DNA of 64,000 nucleotides from Herpetosiphon aurantiacus DSM 785 (GTDB taxonomy: Bacteria; Chloroflexota; Chloroflexia; Chloroflexales; Herpetosiphonaceae): positions 249,199 to 313,198 of the forward strand of contig CP000875.1 of NCBI GenBank assembly GCA_000018565.1, in the 5' to 3' direction. Within the stretch, counting starts at the first letter, position 1. Each line of letters begins with the position of its first letter. The notes beneath the pieces are model-generated. The model was not told the DNA's origin. It made no database searches and saw only the letters and a program-made list of their open reading frames with translations. Made by a program: the position numbers and the translations under genes. Shown piece by piece: positions 57,193 through 64,000 of this stretch.

Positions 57193-58353
57193 GTGAAACG
57201 TTGGTTACTGAGTTTTTTAACAATTGGTTCGTTGGTTTTGACTGGCTGTGGTGCGGCGGCTACGCCAACCGCTGAAACCGCGATTCAGCCTACTCCGGCC
57301 ACCACGGCTGCCGCTGATGTTACGCCTGCAGCAACCCAAGCCACCCAAGCGCCGACCGATAGCGGCCAGTTTGCCGGCCAAACCTTGGTGGTGGTTTCGC
57401 ACGATAGTTTTGCAATCAGCAGCGAAGTTATCTCAGGCTTTGAGCAAATGACTGGCGCGACCGTCCAAATTCTAGAATCGGGCGATGCTGGCGAGGCGCT
57501 CAATAAGAGCATTTTGGCCAAAGGCGCACCCTTGGGCGATGTGTTGTATGGGGTCGATAATACCTTTTTGAGTCGGGCGCTTGATGCTGATATTTTCGAG
57601 GCCTACGCTGCCAAGAATCTCGAGCAAATTCCTGCTGAATTGAAGCTCGATAGCCAAAATCGGGTTTCGCCCGTTGATGTTGGCTATGTCACGATCAATT
57701 ACGATAAAGCTGCCTTGGCCGAGGCTGGCCTGAGCTTGCCAACCGATTTGCGCGATTTAACCAAGCCTGAGTGGAAAGGCAAGTTGGTGGTTGAAAATCC
57801 GGCAACGTCATCGCCTGGCTTATCATTTATGTTGGCGACGATTGCCCACTTTGGCGAGAGCAGCGATTATACCTGGCGCAACTTCTGGAGCGACCTGCGA
57901 GCCAATGAGATCAAAGTGGCTAGCGGTTGGGAAGAAGCCTACTATGGCGATTTTAGCGGAGCCAGTGATGGTCAATATCCGTTGGTCGTCAGCTATGCGA
58001 CCAGCCCTGCTGCCGAAGTTATCTTTGCGACAACGCCCTTGACCGATGCACCGACTGGCAATTTGTTGTTACCTGGTGGCGCATTCCAGCAAATTGAATT
58101 TGTGGGCTTGCTAAAAGATGCCAAAAACCCTGAATTGGGCAAAGCTTGGATTGACTATATGCTGAGCGACACCTTCCAGAGCGATATTGGCGGACAGATG
58201 TTTGTGTACCCAGCCCTGCCTAGCGCTAAAGTGCCAGCTGAATTTACTCAATATGCCCAAGTGCCTAGCAATGTAACGACGCTTGCGCCAGCCGAGATTG
58301 CTGCCAACCGCGAGCGCTGGCTCAACGAATGGCAAGAAACCGTCCTACGCTAA
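57193..58353 (+). CDS. thiB: ABC transporter substrate-binding lipoprotein, thiamine/TPP-binding (ThiB/TbpA-like)
   Basis: Lipobox LTGCGA is present. It is a periplasmic-binding-protein fold of the ThiB / iron(III)-binding family and is controlled by a TPP riboswitch. The GTG start has AAGGAG 9 nt upstream. Confidence 0.7.
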   Translation: MKRWLLSFLTIGSLVLTGCGAAATPTAETAIQPTPATTAAADVTPAATQATQAPTDSGQFAGQTLVVVSHDSFAISSEVISGFEQMTGATVQILESGDAGEALNKSILAKGAPLGDVLYGVDNTFLSRALDADIFEAYAAKNLEQIPAELKLDSQNRVSPVDVGYVTINYDKAALAEAGLSLPTDLRDLTKPEWKGKLVVENPATSSPGLSFMLATIAHFGESSDYTWRNFWSDLRANEIKVASGWEEAYYGDFSGASDGQYPLVVSYATSPAAEVIFATTPLTDAPTGNLLLPGGAFQQIEFVGLLKDAKNPELGKAWIDYMLSDTFQSDIGGQMFVYPALPSAKVPAEFTQYAQVPSNVTTLAPAEIAANRERWLNEWQETVLR

Positions 58354-58356
58354 ACC

Positions 58357-58402
58357 AAAACATCCCCTGCAACTTTAATTAAGTGTTGCAGGGGATGTTT
58401 AT
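58357..58402. terminator. Bidirectional terminator hairpin (AACATCCCCTGCAAC-N10-GTTGCAGGGGATGTT) between convergent thiB and the 58418 gene
   Basis: A 15-bp perfect stem with A-rich and T-rich flanks is seen directly. Confidence 0.65.
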
Positions 58403-58417
58403 GAGCAAAAATGCAGT

Positions 58418-58990
58418 TTAGTCGCCAGTGGTTTTGACTGCTGGCCAATCGCCAACCATCAACCCGCCAACAACTCCAATTAATGCACCGAAGCCACCAC
58501 CGAGCAAATATTCGCCAGTGACCGTGGCCAAACCCAAGCCGATCAACACACAGAAGGCAACCCCCGCAACAATTCGCTTGAGCCGACCAAGCATAGTCAG
58601 CGAAATAATCGAATTTGCGGTGATCAAATCGTTGCCATTGCTGGCGGGAGCAGCTGGTTTTGGGGCAACAGGTGCAGCCGGAGCAGCAGCAGGCGTGGCG
58701 GCAACCACAGGTGCAGCAGCAGGAGTTGGGGTTGCAGCAACAGCGACTGGGGCAACAGGTGCATCGCTTGCAGCAGCTTTTTTGGCAGCCCGAATTGCTT
58801 CCAACCGAGCCTTTTTATCATCCGACATATTAGCGCCAACCGCAGCGCTGGCTGGAGCCTCGGTTGTTGCCGCTACGACCGGCGCAGCAGGTGCAGGTGC
58901 AGGCTCTTCGCCCGCAGCAGCCTTTTTGGCGGCATTGGCTGCGCGAATCGCATCGAGCCGCGCCTTTTTTTCATCGCTTGTATCAGCCAT
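58418..58990 (-). CDS. Ala/Pro-rich protein with internally duplicated KKARL(D/E)AIRAA motif and C-terminal TM anchor
   Basis: Two copies of DEKKARLDAIRAANAAKKAAA / DDKKARLEAIRAAKKAAA are separated by Ala/Pro-rich linkers. A C-terminal hydrophobic helix is followed by KTTGD. Confidence 0.45.
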   Translation of the reverse strand: MADTSDEKKARLDAIRAANAAKKAAAGEEPAPAPAAPVVAATTEAPASAAVGANMSDDKKARLEAIRAAKKAAASDAPVAPVAVAATPTPAAAPVVAATPAAAPAAPVAPKPAAPASNGNDLITANSIISLTMLGRLKRIVAGVAFCVLIGLGLATVTGEYLLGGGFGALIGVVGGLMVGDWPAVKTTGD

Positions 58991-59372
58991 GTGCGTCCCT
59001 CAGATAGCAAAGATTAAATTGATCGACATTATTCCGATAGCACGGTATTCCCAATCGCAAACAAGCCAGTAATCCTCAACTCAATGAGTTAAGGCTTCCA
59101 ACTCGCGCTGTATTGTATCATGCTTGGTTGGTCTTGGTGCAGCAATTTGGCGAGGAAAATGAGTTCCGTTGAGCCAGCCGTGCCGTTCCACCCAAGAGCA
59201 CGGCTGACCTTTTCGGATTGAGAGGAAACGCACCTGTAGTATGCCGCCAACAGATGAGTATTAGGTGAGGATGATGTCAATAAGCGATTAACGTTAATCG
59301 CCATTTGTTTAACCAAATTCTCACCATCTGAGCTATACTTGGGCGGTTGTGGTTCGTCAAAGGAGACATTCA

Positions 59373-60860
59373 ATGGGCTTGGTCGAAAGTATTATGAATT
59401 TCAGCGAAGGTCGGCGCACCGAAGTTGTGCACGCCATTCGTGATGCAATTACGGCTGTTGCCGGCGTGCAATTGCTCGATGTTCAATCCGACGCTGATCA
59501 TAATCGCACGGTGATTAGTTTTGCGGGCGAGGCTGAAGCAGTTGGCGAAGCTGCTTTCCAAGCAACCCGCACCGCCCAAGGCTTAATTAATTTGGATACC
59601 CATCGCGGCGAACACCCACGCATCGGCGCGACCGATGTCTTGCCATTTGTGCCACTTGGCCAAACCACGATGAAACAGTGTGTGGCCTTGGCTCGCAAAG
59701 TTGGCAAGCGCATTGGTGATGAATTGGGGATTGCGGTTTATTTGTATGAAGAGGCTGCGACCCGCCCCGAACGTCAAAATTTGGCCGATGTGCGTAAGGG
59801 CGAATATGAGGCTTGGCGCAAAGCCATTGGGGTTGATCCGGCGCGGGAGCCAGATTTTGGCCCAGCCGTGGCGACACCTGCAGGCGCAACCGTGGTTGGG
59901 GCACGCCAGCCATTGATTGCCTACAACATCTATTTAAATACCACCGATGTAGAAATTGCCAAAAAAATCGCTAAATCGATTCGCTATCTTGGCGGTGGCT
60001 TGCGCTATGTCAAAGCTTTGGGCTTGTTGGTCGATGGTCGCGCTCAAATCTCGATGAACTTGGTTAATTTCCGTGGAACGCCAATTCATCGAGTGCAGGA
60101 GTTAGTACGCGCCGAGGCCATGCGCTATGGCGTGACGATTACTGAGGGCGAAGTTATTGGGCTTGTGCCGCAAGATGCGCTGGTTGATGCTGCTGAGCAT
60201 TATCTGCAACTCAATCGTTTTCGCCGCGACCAAGTGCTTGAATCGAAGTTGGCCGCGCCAAGTGCTGGCGATGACTGGTTGCCAACCAACACGTTCCAAG
60301 CCTTTGCAGCTGGGACACCAACGCCTGGTGGTGGTTCGGCGGCGGCCTTAGCTGGGGCTTTGGCTGGCTCGTTGGGCCAAATGGTGGCTAATTTAACCGT
60401 CAGCCGCAAAAAATATGCAGCGGTCAAGCCCAGCATGCAAGCGGCCTTGGAGCGCTTGAGCGAAGCAACCACCAGCTTGGGCAAATTGGCTTTGTCCGAT
60501 AGTGCCGCATTTAACGCCATCAGCGTCACGCGTAAATTGCCTGAAGAGCAGGCTGACCGAGCGCAACAATTGGCGGCGGCGATTGTGCATGCCTGTGAAG
60601 TTCCCTTGCAAGTGGCCCAACAAGCTGCCAGTTTGTTTGATGATTTATATCTGTTGGCGACCCAAGGCAACGTCAATGCCCGCACCGATGCCCAAGTCGG
60701 CGGCTATTTGGCCTATGCCGCCGTCAATGGGGCTGGCTTAAATGTGTTGGTCAATCTTGGCGATTTAAGCGATGCTCAATTGCGTGAACAATTCAGCGCG
60801 GCGGTTGCCAAGCTGCGCCAACAAGCTGAGCAAGGCTTGCAAAAACTGACGACACTCTAG
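59373..60860 (+). CDS. ftcD: Bifunctional glutamate formimidoyltransferase / formimidoyl-THF cyclodeaminase
   Basis: The N-terminal formiminotransferase domain (ESIMNFSEGRR ... ) and the C-terminal cyclodeaminase domain (PTPGGGSAAALAGALAGSLGQMVANLT) are present. AAGGAG lies 7 nt upstream of ATG 59373. Confidence 0.8.
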   Translation: MGLVESIMNFSEGRRTEVVHAIRDAITAVAGVQLLDVQSDADHNRTVISFAGEAEAVGEAAFQATRTAQGLINLDTHRGEHPRIGATDVLPFVPLGQTTMKQCVALARKVGKRIGDELGIAVYLYEEAATRPERQNLADVRKGEYEAWRKAIGVDPAREPDFGPAVATPAGATVVGARQPLIAYNIYLNTTDVEIAKKIAKSIRYLGGGLRYVKALGLLVDGRAQISMNLVNFRGTPIHRVQELVRAEAMRYGVTITEGEVIGLVPQDALVDAAEHYLQLNRFRRDQVLESKLAAPSAGDDWLPTNTFQAFAAGTPTPGGGSAAALAGALAGSLGQMVANLTVSRKKYAAVKPSMQAALERLSEATTSLGKLALSDSAAFNAISVTRKLPEEQADRAQQLAAAIVHACEVPLQVAQQAASLFDDLYLLATQGNVNARTDAQVGGYLAYAAVNGAGLNVLVNLGDLSDAQLREQFSAAVAKLRQQAEQGLQKLTTL

Positions 60861-60921
60861 GCAGGGTTATGCTACAATGAGCACATAGATCAACTTCTGC
60901 GTATCGCGAGGAGATTTTTCA

Positions 60922-61080
60922 ATGGCTCGTTGGCTTCTGATTGTCGTTGGCTTAGCTGCTTTGGTGCGCGTCATCGACTTACAACGTAAACTTGATGCCG
61001 CCCGCTCACGTGGCGATATGTACCGCGACATCTCAGCCCGCCTTGATCGTCAATTGGCGGATTTGCAAAAGCAAGCGTAA
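60922..61080 (+). CDS. Small (52 aa) single-TM protein, not in the ORF track (below length cutoff)
   Basis: The ATG has GAGGAG 9 nt upstream. The encoded MARWLLIVVGLAALVRVIDLQRKLDAARSRGDMYRDISARLDRQLADLQKQA has a TM followed by an amphipathic helix. Confidence 0.3.
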   Translation: MARWLLIVVGLAALVRVIDLQRKLDAARSRGDMYRDISARLDRQLADLQKQA

Positions 61081-61120
61081 GCTTAAATGGCATGGTTCGT
61101 TGGATTAGCAACGATTCCAT

Positions 61121-61220
61121 CCCTCACCCCCTAGCCCCCTCTCCCGCACACGAGGCGAGGGGGAACCACTGTGTCGAACTCCCTTCTCCTGCTTGGTGGG
61201 AGAAGGGTTGGGGATGAGGG
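61121..61220. repeat. GC-rich nested-palindrome element, copy E (degenerate right arm GGGGATGAGGG)
   Basis: ccctcaccccctagccccctctcccgcacacgaggcgagggggaacc ... cccttctcctgcttggtgggagaagggttggggatgaggg is seen directly. Confidence 0.7.
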
Positions 61221-61441
61221 AACACAGGCAGAGCGTAATTCAATCCACCATGCCACCTTCGTTCTTGGCAATTATCAGCCGCTCAATAATCCTTGTTTGG
61301 ATTGTTGAGCGGCTGGTGGTTTAATCGGTCTTGCGGCGGAGCTATCAGTCGGCCATCAGGCGCTCGTCAGATCGGCATACTGGCTTAGCATGGAGTTATT
61401 AAGTACGCTGCCTCTGGAAACACAAGCCCATGGAGGTCGCC

Positions 61442-61579
61442 ATGCTGACGACACTATTTTTTGTTGCGCTCCTGCTTGTGGCATTAGCCGCATTGCCGTA
61501 TGTCTCACGCTCAACGCCAGTGGTCGAGGATGATTCCGACGAGCCACAATTACGTATGAAGCCGACGCGCCAACGCTAA
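61442..61579 (+). CDS. Small (45 aa) putative TM peptide overlapping the 3-prime end of the CCA-enzyme gene on the opposite strand
   Basis: GGAGG lies 5 nt upstream of the ATG. The encoded MLTTLFFVALLLVALAALPYVSRSTPVVEDDSDEPQLRMKPTRQR has one TM. This is a weak call. Confidence 0.2.
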   Translation: MLTTLFFVALLLVALAALPYVSRSTPVVEDDSDEPQLRMKPTRQR

Positions 61580-63103
61580 GGCGCTCTCACGGTCGGTCAC
61601 TTCGCCAGCCGCTTGAGCTTCACGAATTGCCTCAAGCAACAGCCCAATCTGTGGGCCGGCTGCTAAACCTAGCTCTTGCATCAGCGTGTGTCCATCGAGT
61701 AAGGGCACACGTTTTTGTTCGGCCTCAGCATCCCAATAAAACCCAAGCATCGCATCTGTCCAAGCGGCTTGGTAGGCCCAATGATGTTCTTGGAGCAACG
61801 GCCCGCGCGTCGCCATATGGTCGGCCAAGGCGTGCAGTAAGGTATCGACGGCGCTTTCTTTTAAATCGCGAAAGAAGCGATAGGCCGCTTTGGCCGTGGT
61901 TTCAGGCTGCGAGTAAAGCTGACCAGGCCGCATATGCCCCGCAATCACCTTGCACATATACTCAATCTCTTGGTTGCTAAATCGCAGCCGCTGATACACT
62001 GCTCGGGCAATGTCTGCCCCAATCGTTTGATGTTCATGAAACGAGACGCTGCCATCGGGCTTATCAACTCGTGTCGCTGGCTTCGCACAATCGTGCAGCA
62101 GAATCGCCATTTTCCAGAGGGCGCGATTGCTGGCAGTGTGGCCAATTGGCTGTTGCATTTGGGCAACAACCTGCTCGGCCCATTGCAGTTGCAGGGTCAA
62201 GTTGGGTAGCATGCGCAAGGTTGCGGGTTGCTGAAAAAAGGCTGGTGGATGCCAATCGTCGGCAAGTGCTGGCGGTGCTGGTGGCACTGGCTGTTGATCA
62301 TGTTCCAACTGGGCAAGCAGCCATTCGCCAGCAGTAATCGTTTCGAGCGAATGCTCCCACACATCCAAAAAATGAATATTGGGCTGGGTGTGGTGGTACA
62401 TTGGGCGAATCTCAGGAATTAAGCTTGGCAAAAGATTAACCCGATCTAAATAACGCAGCCAGCTAGCACTCCAACGAGTGGCTAAAATTGCCAATAGCTC
62501 AACTCGTACCCGTTCAACCGCCACTTGGTTGATCAATTCGGCGTGGGCTATGATCGCCTGATCGGTTGCTGGATCAAGTTGCCAGCCGAGTTGAGCAGCG
62601 ATCCGCACCGCTCGCAGCATACGCAATGGATCGTTGGCTAGGGCATTGGCTTGCACCATGCGCAGCGTACCAGTCGCAATATCGTTCAATCCAGCATGAG
62701 GATCGATGATTTGGCCAAGTTGCGCTTGCTCGTAAAGCGGCGCGGCCATGGCATTAATCGTAAAATCGCGGTCGGTCAAATCGCTGGTTAAATCAGCAGC
62801 CCGCAAATGAGCAAGATCAAGATACTTGCCATCGGCCAAGACCACCCGCCCAATATCACGCTCAGCATCGAGCACCACCAAACTGGCGTTGAGTTGCTTG
62901 GCAAGGCTTTGGGCTAAGCCAATCGCTGGTTGATTGACCACCAAATCGACATCATGCAACGGGCGGCCAATCACTAAATCGCGCAATGTACCGCCGACGA
63001 CCCAGGCTGGTTGAGAACCTAAAAGGTGTTTAAGCACGCTCAAGGCTTGGCGTAAACTAAGATAGGCCGAGCTTTGGGGCAACTGAATATGACTAATCTT
63101 CAT
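61550..63103 (-). CDS. cca: CCA-adding tRNA nucleotidyltransferase (Pol-beta NTase head, HD domain)
   Basis: The NTase motif GGTLRDLVIGRPLHDVDLVV and an HD-domain region (HD...LLHDCAK) are present. Confidence 0.8.
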   Translation of the reverse strand: MKISHIQLPQSSAYLSLRQALSVLKHLLGSQPAWVVGGTLRDLVIGRPLHDVDLVVNQPAIGLAQSLAKQLNASLVVLDAERDIGRVVLADGKYLDLAHLRAADLTSDLTDRDFTINAMAAPLYEQAQLGQIIDPHAGLNDIATGTLRMVQANALANDPLRMLRAVRIAAQLGWQLDPATDQAIIAHAELINQVAVERVRVELLAILATRWSASWLRYLDRVNLLPSLIPEIRPMYHHTQPNIHFLDVWEHSLETITAGEWLLAQLEHDQQPVPPAPPALADDWHPPAFFQQPATLRMLPNLTLQLQWAEQVVAQMQQPIGHTASNRALWKMAILLHDCAKPATRVDKPDGSVSFHEHQTIGADIARAVYQRLRFSNQEIEYMCKVIAGHMRPGQLYSQPETTAKAAYRFFRDLKESAVDTLLHALADHMATRGPLLQEHHWAYQAAWTDAMLGFYWDAEAEQKRVPLLDGHTLMQELGLAAGPQIGLLLEAIREAQAAGEVTDRESALALARRLHT

Positions 63104-63180
63104 ACAAAACTCACGTTGGGCAGCTATGCTCTATAATTGTGGGATAATTGAACCCACCAATGGCGAAAGGACGAAAGGCA

Positions 63181-63747
63181 ATGAGTTTGACCGTAACGCA
63201 AACCGCGCTTGATGGCGTTGTCATTATTAAACCAAGCGTGTTTGCCGATGAACGCGGCTTCTTCCTTGAAACATACCATCAGATCAAGTTTGCTGACCTC
63301 GGTCTGCCTACCGATTTTGTGCAAGATAATCACTCCCGTTCCAAGCAAGGGGTACTGCGCGGGCTGCATTATCAAGATGAGCGCCAGCCAATGGCAAAAC
63401 TTGTGCGTTGTAGTGTTGGTAGCATTTTTGATGTTGCTGTTGATTTGCGCGTTGGCTCGCCGACCTTTGGCAAATGGGTTGGAGTTGAGCTAAGCGCCGA
63501 TAACTTTTTACAATTTCTGATTCCTTCGGGCTTTGGCCATGGCTTTGTGGTGCTTTCGGAGTTTGCCGAGGTGCAATATCGTTGTACAGGGTTGTATGCG
63601 CCCGAAACCGAGGGTGCGGTGCGCTGGAATGACCCACAAATTGGGATTGAGTGGCCAATCAGTGAGCCAACGCTCTCAGGTCGTGATCAAGCGGCAATGA
63701 GCCTCGCCGACTATCTTGAGAATCCTGCGTTTCGTTATCGTGGCTAG
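63181..63747 (+). CDS. rfbC: dTDP-4-dehydrorhamnose 3,5-epimerase
   Basis: The cupin-fold RmlC sequence is present (GVVIIKPSVFADERGFFLETY ... QDNHSRS ... LRGLHYQ). The start is taken at ATG 63181 (MSLTVTQ). Confidence 0.85.
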   Translation: MSLTVTQTALDGVVIIKPSVFADERGFFLETYHQIKFADLGLPTDFVQDNHSRSKQGVLRGLHYQDERQPMAKLVRCSVGSIFDVAVDLRVGSPTFGKWVGVELSADNFLQFLIPSGFGHGFVVLSEFAEVQYRCTGLYAPETEGAVRWNDPQIGIEWPISEPTLSGRDQAAMSLADYLENPAFRYRG

Positions 63748-63753
63748 ACGTTC

Positions 63754-63917
63754 CCTCACCCTCAACCCCTCTCCCACGGCGGCGGGAGAGGGGAGTTCCA
63801 GTCGTCAATGATGGCGGGTTCCCCCTCGCCTCGCGTGCGGGAGAGGGGACTAGGGGGTGAGGGCATGAACATCGACGGCGATTCCACCGTACCTTTGTTA
63901 AAAACCTACCCTTGTAA
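63754..63917. repeat. GC-rich nested-palindrome element, copy F (inverted orientation) plus 58-bp module shared with copy D
   Basis: ccctcaccctcaacccctctcccacggcggcgggagagggg ... ccccctcgcctcgcgtgcgggagaggggactagggggtgaggg is followed by catgaacatcgacgg...aaaacctacccttgtaa. The latter is the reverse complement of the ends of 56806-56863. Confidence 0.75.
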
Positions 63918-64000
63918 TGCTCGATGGTCGGGGGACTCAAATTTAGGTTTGCTCGACCAATTCGTGCACCAATTTGCGCACCAATTCTGGGTCAACGTGT

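Noticed and set aside
59089-59373. 94-aa minus-strand ORF upstream of ftcD
   Set aside because: It has no RBS and no recognisable domain. It occupies what looks like the ftcD leader and is more likely non-coding.
38251-63917. CRISPR array
   Set aside because: The GC-rich repeats are palindromic, irregularly spaced over many kilobases, of different lengths and interspersed with genes. There is no regular repeat-spacer periodicity and no cas genes.

Overview
This is a 64 kb chromosomal segment of moderately high GC (about 55%) with dense, mostly minus-strand genes. The gene content and the repeat families fit a Chloroflexi-type genome; a Herpetosiphon-like organism is my inference, not a measurement.

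Core genes recognised from motifs:
- rpoB and rpoC, with a free-standing double-motif LAGLIDADG homing-endonuclease ORF of lower GC between them.
- trpS, preceded by a promoter, a T-box leader and a terminator.
- trpB, rnhB, rplS, ribF, a CCA-adding enzyme, rfbC, a bifunctional ftcD, and a PspA/LysM pair.

Transport and regulation:
- Two adjacent ABC exporter genes (ATPase fused to permease).
- A sulfate ABC operon (cysA-sbp-cysT-cysW) in which CysA carries a tandem Usp-like C-terminus.
- A TPP riboswitch, followed by a terminator, upstream of a thiB-like substrate-binding protein.
- A duplicated-ATPase ECF-type ABC protein.
- A MerR regulator followed by a membrane protein, with a GNAT acetyltransferase nearby.

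A MoxR-DUF58-BatA-VWA aerotolerance-like operon is interrupted by a DsbA lipoprotein and an AT-rich YcxB-like gene. It is headed by a coiled-coil protein carrying a (QQG)n(QG)n coding microsatellite.

Accessory or unusual content:
- A WXG100-like gene with a frameshifted downstream ORF and an AT-rich lipoprotein at the left edge.
- A class III adenylate cyclase with a zinc-ribbon N-terminus.
- A lipoprotein gene whose GC drops from about 50% to about 32% mid-gene.
- A GT4 glycosyltransferase followed by two tandem paralogous Ser/Thr kinases anchored by a single C-terminal helix, then gmhA and gmhB.
- Two tandem paralogous four-TM membrane proteins with conserved Cys pairs.

The intergenic DNA is populated by several dispersed repeat families. 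These include six copies of a GC-rich nested-palindrome element (CCCTCACCCCC...GGGGGTGAGGG), a GATCCACGAAGG(ACACGAAG)n family often present as inverted pairs, GGCTATAGG hairpins, and CATCCYT heptamer runs. No tRNA, rRNA or CRISPR array was seen.
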